Below are positions 19,041-28,579 of a stretch of 64,000 nucleotides of DNA, piece by piece (the stretch's first letter is position 1; each line of letters opens with the position of its first letter). A program made the translations under genes and the position numbers. Source of the stretch: an uncultured Acidobacteriota bacterium (GTDB lineage Bacteria > Acidobacteriota > Thermoanaerobaculia > Multivoradales > UBA5704); contig CAVSXT010000003.1 of NCBI GenBank assembly GCA_963732005.1, positions 330,130 to 394,129 on the forward strand. Direction: 5' to 3'. The notes under the pieces were generated by a model. That model saw only the letters and a list, made by a program, of their open reading frames with translations. It searched no databases and had not been told where the DNA came from.

Positions 19041-19567
19041 AGTTTCTGCGGGTAGCGCACCATGAAGCCGTCGGCCCAGACGATGTCGCGATCGTAATCG
19101 GTGGGATCGAAGGCGGTGACGTTGTACTGGTCGCCCTCCGCCGTCTTGTCGCGGCCGAGGCTGCGGATCGCCATCACCTGGGCCGCGTGCGGGTTGTCGG
19201 TGCGCAGGTAGTACTGGTAGGGGCTCTGCCAGCCGTCGAGCGTCGGGATCGCCTGGATGTACTGCGAGACCAGCACCGTGGTCAGATCCGACGGCTGCAG
19301 CTGAGTGCCGTACTGGGTGAGGTCGATGACGCTGGCGCTGGCGCCGGCCGCCGCCGCCGCCGACTGGTCGGTGAGCCAGGAGAACATCGCCGTACCGATC
19401 ACCTTCATGTCACCCATGGTGCGCTTCTGCTTGGCCTTCTGCATGGCATCGAGCAGGTTCGGGATCAGCATCGCGGTGATGATGCCGATCACCGCGACCA
19501 CGATCAGGATCTCGATCAGGGTGAAGCCGGTCTCCCTCTTTCGCCTTATTTGCAAATGGCAATTCAT
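19037..19567 (-). CDS. GspG/PulG-like pseudopilin (prepilin-type N-terminal methylation domain).
   Basis: Leader MNCHLQIRRKRETG|FTLIEILIVVAVIGIITAMLIPNL. The ATG is preceded by a GGGGGAAAA RBS. The stop overlaps the YfhO-like start. Confidence 0.75.
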   Translation of the reverse strand: MNCHLQIRRKRETGFTLIEILIVVAVIGIITAMLIPNLLDAMQKAKQKRTMGDMKVIGTAMFSWLTDQSAAAAAGASASVIDLTQYGTQLQPSDLTTVLVSQYIQAIPTLDGWQSPYQYYLRTDNPHAAQVMAIRSLGRDKTAEGDQYNVTAFDPTDYDRDIVWADGFMVRYPQKL

Positions 19568-19785
19568 CACATTTTCCCCCAGTGCAGCTGAGCGTGGTTC
19601 TGGTTTTGGCAATAGCTGTGCCAATCCGCTGCAGTTGGAGAAACCTTGATTTCAAGGGATTTCACCGCCGCGACCGGCGGCGGGTGCCAAAAAAAGGTCA
19701 TCGTTCCGGCCAAGGGTTGTCAGTTGCCGGCGCTCTCCGGGCGCCCGGCGTCGCGGGCAGGTGACGCTGGGGCGTGCGGGCCCCG

Positions 19786-21212
19786 TCAGGGCCGGCCGGG
19801 AGGGCGGACGGGAGCCCCGGCGTAAGCGGCGACGATGCGGCGCATCCGCTCGACTCCGCGGTCGAGCTCGGCGAGTGGCAGGTGCTCGTCGGCGCCGTGG
19901 ATGCCGCCGCTGTCGTCGGGTCCGAGTGCGAAGGGCGCCAGTCCGTAGGCCGGCACGTTGCGCTCGCGGAAGAAGCGTGAGTCGGTGGTGCCGGCGTCGA
20001 GCATCGGCGCCACCGGCGCCTCGCGGCCGAGCACCTGCCGGATGGCGTCGTACAGGCGGCCGGCGGCCGGCGAGGCGGGAGCCGGCGGCGCGCTCAGCAG
20101 CACCTCGACCTGCAGCCGCGGCCCCAGCGCCGCGCGCACCGCGGCGAGGTAGGCCGCGCCGTCGGTGTCGGGCAGCAGCCGGATGTCGACCTTGGCCTCG
20201 GCGTCGGCGGGGACGACGTTGATGCGGTCGCCGCCGGCGACGGCCGTCACCTGGACGGTGTCGAGGAACATGCTGGCCATGCCGGGAAAGATCGGCTGGC
20301 GCGGGCCCTGCTCGCCGATCACCTCGTCGATGTGGGTCAGCATGTGCTGCCAGTGCTGGTTGTGCAGCGGCGCGATCGCCCGCAGGTAGTCGCGCACCGG
20401 CGCCGTCACCCGCCACCGGCTCGGCAGGGCCAGCAGCCGCGCCAGCCCGGCGATCAGCTGATGGTTGGCGCTCTCGACGTTGAGCGCCGAGCCGTGTCCG
20501 CCGCGGCCGTGCGCGCTCACCCGCAGCCACAACGGCCGCTTCTGCGCCACCTCGACGCCCCACCACAGCAGGCGGTCGGTGAACTGGTTGCGGCCGCCCT
20601 CGCCGATCACCCCTTCGACGCCGGCGAACAGCTCGGGATGGCTGGCGAGCAGCCAGGCGGCCCCCTGGCCGCCGCCGTTCTCCTCGTCGGCGACCGCCAG
20701 GAAGAGCACGTCGCGGTCGAGCTCCACCCGCCGCCGCGCGAGGTCCACCAGGGCGGCAAGGCCGCAGATCCCCAGACCCTTGTCGTCGAGGGTGCCGCGT
20801 CCCCACAGCCTGCCGTCGCGGATCAGGCCAGCGAAGGGGGGTACCGTCCAGCCCGGCCCCGGCGGCACCACGTCCAGGTGATGGAGCAGCAGCAGGGCGC
20901 GCCCGCCGCCGCGCGGCGCGGTCAGGCGCGCCGAGAGGCTGGCCCGCCCGGTGGGCGACAGCCACAACCGGCTGGGGATGCCTGCGCGCGCCAGGATGGC
21001 GGCGAGGTAGGCGGCGGCCTGCCGCTCGTTGCCCGGCGGGTTGGTGGTGTCGATCTGCACGTAGCCGCGCAGCCAGCCGGCGGCCTCGGAGAGGCCGCTG
21101 CCGCGGGGGGAGGCCGCCAGGGCCGCCGGCGGAGAGAGCGCCGGCGCGACGGCGAGGGCGGCGGCCAGCGCCGCGGCCAGGGCGACGGCCAGCCGCGGCG
21201 CGCGGTGCGGCA
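19786..21212 (-). CDS. M20-family metallopeptidase (ArgE/DapE/ACY1/CPG2-like), secreted.
   Basis: Signal peptide. Motifs: HLDVVP (His-x-Asp), TLDDKG, ADEENGG (Glu-Glu). The start ATG overlaps the upstream M20 stop (TGATG). Confidence 0.75.
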
Positions 21213-22712
21213 TCAGAGCACCAGCCGGCGCACCAGCTTGCGGTAGAGGTCGACCCCTTGCAGGAAGCCGGGGAGGGCCAACCGCTCGTTCTGGCGGTCC
21301 ACCTGGTAGGTGTCGGTGCTCATGATGTAGAAGGGCGAGAAGCCGTACGACGGCACGCCGGCGGCGCGGAAGAAGCGCGAGTCGGTGGCGGTCCAGGGCA
21401 GGAAGAACGGCCCGGCGGTGAAGTCCGGATACTCGGCCCTGACGGTGGCGAGGATCTCGCGGAACGCCGGATGGTCGGTCGGGCTGGGCAGCGGGCTGCC
21501 GGGCACCTCTTCGAGCCTGGTGTGCAGTCCGTACAGCAGCCAGGGCGGCAGCAGCTGGTCCTGCACGTCGGCCGCCCGCAGGCCCGGCAGCAGGTGCAGC
21601 ATGATCAGCAGCTGATAGCCGCCGCCGCGGGCCGGCTCGACGTGGAAGGGCACCGCTTCGTTGCGCAGCATCGACTGCACGTAGGCAGGCATGGCGCGGA
21701 AGGCGCCGGCGTCGGTCAGCAGATCCGCCGGATGCACCAGCGGCTCGCGCATCCGCGCGCTGTCGCGGCTGGGGCCGTAGGCCTCGAGCACCGCGGCGAC
21801 CTGCGGCAGCAGGTGGAGGTCGGTCGCGGTGTAGCCGCGGTCCTTGAGGAACTGGCGGAGGCTCTCGAGCCGCTCGCGGCTGTCGCTGCAGACGGTCAGC
21901 CTGGCGAAGTGCTTCTGCCCGATCTCGGTGCCCCAGTACTTGCCCGCGGAGCGAGACAGGACGTCGGTTGCTCCGCTTCCGGAAAGCGCCGCCCAGCGGC
22001 TGGGTGTCGGCGCGGAGCGGGAGCGCGCCTCGACCGTCCCGCCCTCGGTGAGCACCGCCCAGAAGCTGTGCACCAGCTCCGGCCGGTGGCGGATCACCCA
22101 TTGCGCGCCGAGGCGGCTGTCGCCGGCCTCCTCGTCGCCGGTCGCCAGCAGCAGCACCGACCGCCGCAGCGGCTTGCCGCTCTTCTTGAGGTCGATCATC
22201 GCCAGCAGCTCGGCGATGCCGACGCTCTTCATGTCGAACACGCCGCGGCCCCAGATCCAGGGCAGCTCGATGTGCGCCGCGAACGGCGGGTAGATCCACT
22301 CGCGGGGGTCGACGTCGGAGACGTCGATGTGGCTGTGCAGCACCAGCGGGTGCGGATCCCGACCCTCGAGGCGGGCGAAGAGGTTGGCGTGCTTGCCGTC
22401 CAGCACCTCGATCTCGGAGGGGATGCCGGCGGCCGCCAGCTGCGCGGCGAGGAAGCGGGCGCCGGCCACCTCGTTGCCAGTCGCCCGGCTGGTGTCGATC
22501 TGGACGTAGCGCTGCAGCAGCTGGACGGTCGGGTCGTGGGGGTAGTCGTGCTCGGTCCAGCGCATCTCCTCGCCCGGCGCCGCCGGCCGGTCGAGGGTGG
22601 CGACCATGCCCCAGCCGGCGGCGATCACCAGCAGCAGGCTGCCGTACAGGGCGACCCGGGAGGCCAGCTGCAGACGCCGCTCGAGGAGGGGGGGGCGGGA
22701 CATAGGCCGCAA
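21213..22712 (-). CDS. M20-family metallopeptidase (second, tandem paralog); one N-terminal TM/signal anchor.
   Basis: Motifs: HSHIDVSDV, GRGVFDMKS, ATGDEEAGD. 499 aa. Confidence 0.7.
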   Translation of the reverse strand: MRPMSRPPLLERRLQLASRVALYGSLLLVIAAGWGMVATLDRPAAPGEEMRWTEHDYPHDPTVQLLQRYVQIDTSRATGNEVAGARFLAAQLAAAGIPSEIEVLDGKHANLFARLEGRDPHPLVLHSHIDVSDVDPREWIYPPFAAHIELPWIWGRGVFDMKSVGIAELLAMIDLKKSGKPLRRSVLLLATGDEEAGDSRLGAQWVIRHRPELVHSFWAVLTEGGTVEARSRSAPTPSRWAALSGSGATDVLSRSAGKYWGTEIGQKHFARLTVCSDSRERLESLRQFLKDRGYTATDLHLLPQVAAVLEAYGPSRDSARMREPLVHPADLLTDAGAFRAMPAYVQSMLRNEAVPFHVEPARGGGYQLLIMLHLLPGLRAADVQDQLLPPWLLYGLHTRLEEVPGSPLPSPTDHPAFREILATVRAEYPDFTAGPFFLPWTATDSRFFRAAGVPSYGFSPFYIMSTDTYQVDRQNERLALPGFLQGVDLYRKLVRRLVL

Positions 22713-22773
22713 ATCATACTCCCCGTGCCCAGGATGCCGTGGCGGCGCCGGACTTCGCTATGCTGCGGTGCCG

Positions 22774-24492
22774 ATGAACACGGCGCCCGCCGCCCCTCTC
22801 CCCGCCGGCACGGTCCGCCCGAGCCGCGCCCGCTGGTACCTGCTGCTGGGGGGCGCCGGGGCGTTGCTCGGCTACCTGGCGATCGAGCTGTGGCAGCTCG
22901 GCGGAGGCCTGGGCTGGCCGCTCGACGACAGCTGGATCCACCTGCAGTTCGCGCGCAACCTGGCCGCGGGCCGCGGCCTGTCATACAACCCCGGGGAGCT
23001 GGTCACCGGTTCGACCGCGCCGCTGTGGACGGCGCTGCTGGCGCTGCTCGCCTACCTGCCGGGCAGCCCGCTCGCCTGGGCGCAGCTGGCCGGCGCGCTG
23101 CTCTACCTGGGAGGCATCGACGCCACCTGGCGCTTGGCGCGCGAGCTCGGCCTGGCGCCGGGGCTGGCGGCGCTTGCCGGCTGCCTAACCCTCGGCACCG
23201 GCTGGCTGGTCTGGTCGGCGCTGTCGGGGATGGAGATCCCGCTCTTCGTGCTGCTGTCGACCTGGGGGATGGTGTTGCACCTGCGCGAGCGGGCGGCGGA
23301 CGGCGGCACCGGGGATGCCCGTGACGCCGGCATTGGGCCGGAGACCGCCGCTCCGGCGGTGGGCAGCGGGGCCGGCGCCGCGGCCGGCCTGCCGCTCTCC
23401 TTCGCCGTCCTGGCCCTGGCGGCGCTCGCGCGCCCCGAGGGGCTGCTGCTGCTGGCGCTCGCCGTGCTCGACCGGTGCTTGCGGTTCCGCCGCGACGGTG
23501 GTCCGCCGGCGCCGCTGCGCTGGCAGCGGCCGCCGTTCGCGCGCCTCGCCGCCGGCGGCCTGCTGGCGGCCTGCGCGCTGGCCGGACCGCTGCTGTTCTA
23601 CCGCGCCGCCGGCGGCTCGTTCCTGCCCACCACCTACGCCGCGAAGGGGGGCGAGCTGCGGCGCCTGCTGCCCGACCTGCAGTACGTCTATGGGGTGATG
23701 GGCATCCTGCTGCGCGCGCAGCCCTACATGACCCTGCTCAGCTTCGGCGGCGCGGCGGCGCTGGCGGCGCGCCTCGGCTCGCGCCGCGACCGCGGCCTGC
23801 TGCCGGGGCTGTGGCTGGTGGCGCTGCCTCTGGCCTACTCCACGCTCAGCCCGGCCGGGGCGAAGATGCTGGCCGGCAACTTCGGCCGCTACTACTTCCC
23901 GCTGTTCCCGGTGGTGGCGGTGCTGGGCACGGTCGCGGTCGAGGGCGTCGCCGCCGCGCTGCGCCCGGCGGTGGCGGCCGGCAAGGTGCGGCTGCCGGTC
24001 GGCCCGCTGCTGGTGGCAGTGCTGCTCTGGCCCACCGCATCCAACCTGCTGCAGTGCGGCAGCATCTATGCCCGCAACCTGGCGAACGTCGAAGCGAGCG
24101 ACGTGCGCGCCGCGCGCTGGCTGGCGCCGCGCCTGCCCGCCGGCGCGCTGCTGGCGGTCAACGACATCGGCGCCTTCAAGTACCTGCTCCCCAACCGCAT
24201 CGTCGATCTCGCCGGCATCGCCAATCCCGAGCTGCGGCAGGAAGTGCAGCGGCAGCAGGCCCGCGGCGTGCCCTGGGAGCGGGCGATGGCCGCCGCCGTC
24301 GCCAGCCGGCGGCCGGACTACGTCGCCATCTTCCCGGCCTGGCTGCCGCACCTCGAGGCCGAGCTCGGGCTGCGGCCGGTGGTGAGCCTGCGCATCGCCG
24401 ACAACATCACCATGGGGGCCGACGAGCTGGTGGTCTACAGCACGCCCTGGACGCGCTATCCGCTGCGGCGCCTGCCGGGCGATCCGGGGTAG
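22774..24492 (+). CDS. Polytopic membrane protein of an uncharacterised family (GT-C-like). Conserved N-terminal loop motif DDSWIHLQFARNLAAGRGLSYNPGE. Paralog of 55499..57175.
   Basis: More than 10 predicted TM helices. An acidic DD motif sits in the first periplasmic loop. A C-terminal soluble domain is present. ATG at 22774. Confidence 0.45.
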   Translation: MNTAPAAPLPAGTVRPSRARWYLLLGGAGALLGYLAIELWQLGGGLGWPLDDSWIHLQFARNLAAGRGLSYNPGELVTGSTAPLWTALLALLAYLPGSPLAWAQLAGALLYLGGIDATWRLARELGLAPGLAALAGCLTLGTGWLVWSALSGMEIPLFVLLSTWGMVLHLRERAADGGTGDARDAGIGPETAAPAVGSGAGAAAGLPLSFAVLALAALARPEGLLLLALAVLDRCLRFRRDGGPPAPLRWQRPPFARLAAGGLLAACALAGPLLFYRAAGGSFLPTTYAAKGGELRRLLPDLQYVYGVMGILLRAQPYMTLLSFGGAAALAARLGSRRDRGLLPGLWLVALPLAYSTLSPAGAKMLAGNFGRYYFPLFPVVAVLGTVAVEGVAAALRPAVAAGKVRLPVGPLLVAVLLWPTASNLLQCGSIYARNLANVEASDVRAARWLAPRLPAGALLAVNDIGAFKYLLPNRIVDLAGIANPELRQEVQRQQARGVPWERAMAAAVASRRPDYVAIFPAWLPHLEAELGLRPVVSLRIADNITMGADELVVYSTPWTRYPLRRLPGDPG

Positions 24493-24501
24493 CGGGCGCG
24501 C

Positions 24502-25680
24502 ATGGGGAGCGCGCACGACGGGCAGCGCCCGCAGGGCGACGGTCTCCGCGGCGGGCTGCTGCGCGGGCTGTTGGTGCTGGCGATCACCGCCGGCCTGCTG
24601 GCCGCGGCCGAGGGCGGGACGCGCCTCGTCCTGCGCCTGCGCACCGGCGCCTGGCCGCACACCTGGGCCAGCCGCATCCGTGCCCAGCAGGACGCGGCGC
24701 TGCGCCTCTACCGCCGCCATCCGTTTCTCGAGACCGCGCCGCGGGAGGGGGCGCGGGTCCACGCCTTCGGCAAGCAGGCGAGCTTCAACGCGCTGGGCTA
24801 CCGCTCACCCGAACGGCCGCTCGCCCGGCCGCCGGCAGCGCTGCGCATCCTCTGCGCCGGCGGCTCGACCACCTTCGACCTGCTGGCGGCAAGCGACGAC
24901 CGCACCTGGCCCTGGCGGCTGGAGCAGCGGCTGCGGCGGCAGCGGCCGGGCGTGGAGGTCTGGAATGCCGGCTTTCCGGGCTGGACCTCGCTCGAGAGCC
25001 TGATCTCGCTGGCGCTGCGCGACGTCGATCTCGAGCCGGCGCTGGTGATCGTCTATCAGGGCGACAACGACCTGCAGCCGGGCGGCTACCAGCCCTTCGA
25101 CCGCCAGTACGAGCATGGCCATGCCGAGCTCACCTTGCAGCCGCTCGGCTTCGACCGGGCGCCGCTGCCCTGGCGCGCGCGCAGCGTGCTGCTCGAACGC
25201 CTGGCGGCGGCCTGGGCGCGGCCGGGCGACCCCTGGGCGAGCCTCGATCCACGGCAGCCGCGGCATCCGCACCTGGCAGCGGGCGCGGCCGGCACCTTTG
25301 CCCGCAACCTGCGCTCCCTGGTGGCCGTTGCCCGTGCCCATGGCGCGCGGGTGGCGCTGGTCACCCAGACCATCCGCATCCGGCGGCGCCAGCGGGCCGA
25401 CGACCTCAGCTACCTGGGGCAATGGCTGCCCGGCCTGGTGCCGGAGGCGGCGCCCGGCGAGCTCGAGCAGCTCAATGCGGCGCTGCGCGCCATGCACGGC
25501 GAGGAGGGGGTGCAGGTGGTGGACGCCGCGGCGCAGGTCGGCTGGCAGGACGAGGATTTCGGCGATCCGCTCCACTTCTCCGACCGTGGCAGCGAGCGCT
25601 TCGCCGACTACCTGGCAACGGCGCTGGCACTGCCCGCGGTGTCGCCCGGATCTGCGCCCTCGCCCGGGCCACCTGGCTGA
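24502..25680 (+). CDS. Membrane-anchored SGNH/GDSL-family hydrolase.
   Basis: N-terminal TM segment. Block I ILCAGGSTTFD. The C-terminal block DPLHFSDRGSERFADYL contains a catalytic D-x-x-H-like motif. Confidence 0.5.
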   Translation: MGSAHDGQRPQGDGLRGGLLRGLLVLAITAGLLAAAEGGTRLVLRLRTGAWPHTWASRIRAQQDAALRLYRRHPFLETAPREGARVHAFGKQASFNALGYRSPERPLARPPAALRILCAGGSTTFDLLAASDDRTWPWRLEQRLRRQRPGVEVWNAGFPGWTSLESLISLALRDVDLEPALVIVYQGDNDLQPGGYQPFDRQYEHGHAELTLQPLGFDRAPLPWRARSVLLERLAAAWARPGDPWASLDPRQPRHPHLAAGAAGTFARNLRSLVAVARAHGARVALVTQTIRIRRRQRADDLSYLGQWLPGLVPEAAPGELEQLNAALRAMHGEEGVQVVDAAAQVGWQDEDFGDPLHFSDRGSERFADYLATALALPAVSPGSAPSPGPPG

Positions 25681-25738
25681 GCCGCGCGGCCGGCGCCCCG
25701 TCGCGACGGGCGCGTCAGGGCTGGGCTCGCCCGCAGCG

Positions 25739-27271
25739 TCAGGGCTCGCCGCGGGCGGCGGCGCCCAGGTGGATGAGGCGATCGACCGGCGCGAACTCGT
25801 CGCGCAGCAGCGGCACGTCCACGGCCTCGAGCCCCACCGCCATGCGGGCGCGGGCAATGGTGGTGAAAGGCGGATCGAAGCCCGGCAGCTGGCGATCCAG
25901 CTCGCCGGCGCGCGCCAGCAGGCTCGACCGCGACAGTCCCGGGCGATCGGTGGCCAGGGCCAGGACGTTGCTGGCGCCGCCGACCCGGAACAGGTAGACG
26001 GTCGCGAACCGCTCCAGCACCGTGCGGTACATCGCCTTGGAGAAGGGATCGGCCAGGCCGGCGGCGAGGTTCAGGCCGAAGCTGCCGCCGGCGGCGAGGT
26101 GGCGCTTCACCTCGTCCAGGAACTCGATGGTGGTGAGGTGGAACGGCACGCTCCGGCCGATATAGGTGTCGCAATAGACCAGGTCCCAGGCGCGGTCGCC
26201 GGCGCCGGCCAGGAAGCGCCGCCCGTCGGCGATGGTGATGGTGGTCCGCGGGCCGGCGTGCAGCAGCAGGAAGCGCTGGGCGATCTCCGGCACCGCCGGA
26301 TCGATGTCCACGTAGTCGACCCGGAGACCGGCGAGCCGGCGTTGCAGGTAGGAGCCCACCGAGCCGCCCCCCATGCCCAGGGCCAGCAGGCTGTGCGGCG
26401 GCGGCGCGAGCAACAGGCTGGCGGCGGCGAAACGCGGGTAGCGCATCGCCGGCTCGCCATCCGCAATGCGGACCGCCGCCTGCTGGATGCGGTCGCTCTC
26501 GAGGTAGCGGACGCCCGTCCGCTCTCTCACCACCAGGGTCTGGTAGGGGGTGGTGCGCTCGTAGAGCAGCTCGGCGCCGGTGCGGGCGCGCGGCAGGAAC
26601 GCGGCGCCGGCTACCGCCAGCACCAGCGCGGCGAGCACCACCGCCGGCAGCGCGCGCGGTGGTGACGAGGTCGCGGTGGGCTGCGGCGGTCCCGGTACCG
26701 CGGCGGCCAGGGCGGTGGCGGCGGTCGCCGCGGTCAACAGCGCGAGAACGTGGCGCAGCTCGAAAAAGGGGATCAGCAGGAAGGTGGCGATCAGCGTGCC
26801 GCCCAGGCTGCCGCAGGTGGACAGGGCGTAGAGCCGCCCGGCGGTGTCGCCGAGTCGCCCGAGGTCGCGCGCCGCCAGGCGGACGGCATAGGGGGAGACG
26901 GTCGCGAGCAGCACGCTGGCCGGGCCGAAGAGCGCGGCGGCGGCGATCAACGTGCCGGCCGGGGTGGCGCCCGTCCAGTCGGCGAGCACCGCGGCCAGGC
27001 GCGAGCCGGCAAGCAGCAGCGCCGCCTCGCAGGCAGCCGCCAGCGCCAGCAGGCGGGCGAGCGCCGCGAGCGTTGGCTGGCGGTCGGCGAGCCGCCCGCC
27101 CCACAGGTAGCCCAGCGACAGGGCGGCCAGGAAGACGCTGATGATCGAGCCCCAGACGTAGACGCTGTTGCCAAAGAACGGGGCAAGGATGCGGCTCGAC
27201 AGGATCTCGAGCGCCATCAGCACGCCGCCGCAGGCTCCGACCACCCAGAAGAACCGCAGCCGCGAGAGCAT
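25739..27271 (-). CDS. Fused membrane (MFS-like) plus spermidine-synthase-like aminopropyl/methyltransferase-fold protein.
   Basis: The N-terminal half is polytopic. The C-terminal half has GMGGGSVGSY...VDYVDIDPAV...DLVYCD, typical of the spermidine synthase fold. ATG located by reverse-complement reading (MLSRLRFFWVV). Confidence 0.6.
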   Translation of the reverse strand: MLSRLRFFWVVGACGGVLMALEILSSRILAPFFGNSVYVWGSIISVFLAALSLGYLWGGRLADRQPTLAALARLLALAAACEAALLLAGSRLAAVLADWTGATPAGTLIAAAALFGPASVLLATVSPYAVRLAARDLGRLGDTAGRLYALSTCGSLGGTLIATFLLIPFFELRHVLALLTAATAATALAAAVPGPPQPTATSSPPRALPAVVLAALVLAVAGAAFLPRARTGAELLYERTTPYQTLVVRERTGVRYLESDRIQQAAVRIADGEPAMRYPRFAAASLLLAPPPHSLLALGMGGGSVGSYLQRRLAGLRVDYVDIDPAVPEIAQRFLLLHAGPRTTITIADGRRFLAGAGDRAWDLVYCDTYIGRSVPFHLTTIEFLDEVKRHLAAGGSFGLNLAAGLADPFSKAMYRTVLERFATVYLFRVGGASNVLALATDRPGLSRSSLLARAGELDRQLPGFDPPFTTIARARMAVGLEAVDVPLLRDEFAPVDRLIHLGAAARGEP

Positions 27272-27357
27272 GCGGGTACAATACCCCGGCCTGCGGGAGC
27301 GGTTTCCGTCGATGGCGGAGAGCGATCTGTCGCGGGCGGGGGAGATAGCGAGAGATC

Positions 27358-28522
27358 CATGACCACGACCACCACCCGGCAGGTTCCCTATCTCGACCTC
27401 GGCCGCGCCCGGCAGCGGATCGCCGCGCCGCTCGAGGAGCGGTGGCGGCGCATCCTCGCGGCGAGCGCCTTCGTGCTCGGGCCCGAGGTGCGGGAATTCG
27501 AGCAGGGCTTCGCCGCCTTGCTGGGCGCCGAGGCCTGCGCGGCGGTCGCCAACGGCACCGACGCGCTGGTCCTCGCCCTGCGCGCCCTCGGTGTCGGAGT
27601 CGGCGGCGGCGGCGGCGGCGACGAGGTGATCGTCCCCGCGTTCAGCTTCTTCGCCACCGTCGAGGCGGTCGTCCTGGCGGGCGGCGTGCCGGTGTTCTGC
27701 GACGTCGAAGCCGCCACCTTCAACCTCGATCCGGCCGCTGCGGCGGCGCGCATCACGCCGCGCACCAAGGGCATCCTCGGCGTCCACCTCTACGGCCGGC
27801 CGTTCGACGCCGGCCAGGTGCTGGAGCTGTGCGAGCGCCACGGGCTGTGGCTGCTCGAGGACGCGGCCCAGGCCCACGGCGCCATATACCGCGGGCGGCG
27901 GGTCGGAACCCTGGGCCGCCTTGCCGCCTGGAGCTTCTATCCCACCAAGAACCTGGGCTGCTTCGGCGACGGCGGCGCGGTGACCGGCAACGACCGCGAG
28001 CTGGTGGAGCGGGTGCGGCGGCTCGCCAATCACGGCCAGGACTCGCGCTACCACCACGTCGAGATGGGGGTCAACAGCCGCCTCGACAGCCTGCAGGCGG
28101 CGGTGCTCAACTGCCGCCTGCCGCTGCTCGAAGCCGACAACGCGCGGCGGCGCGAGCTGGCCCGCCGCTACTACGACGGCCTGGCCGGCGCCGGCGACCT
28201 GGCGCTGCCGCCCGCCGATCCGCCGGGGTGCTTGTCGGTGTTCCATCAGCTGACCGTGCGGACCGCCCATCGCGACGCCCTGATGCGCCATCTTGCCGGG
28301 TTGGGAATCGGCAGCTCCGTCCACTACCCGACGCCGTTGCACCTGCAACCGGCTCTCGCCGGCACCGCGGCGGCGGCGAACTTGGCGAACGCGGACGACT
28401 TGCCGGAGGCCACGCGGGCCGCCGCCGAGGTGCTGTGCCTGCCGATGTACGCCGAGCTTCGGGACGAAGAGGTGGAGGCGGTCTGCGAGGCGGTGCGCGG
28501 TTTCTTCACCGGCCCGCAATGA
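27358..28522 (+). CDS. DegT/DnrJ/EryC1/StrS-family PLP-dependent sugar aminotransferase.
   Basis: LGPEVREFEQGFAALLGAE...NGTDALVLALRAL...FSFFATVEAV...SFYPTKNLGCFGDGGAV (PLP-lysine region). Confidence 0.85.
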
Positions 28523-28579
28523 GGGAAGGGCCGGCAGGAGTAACATGAACCAGGCAGCAACCCGGAGGAGTCTCTACTC

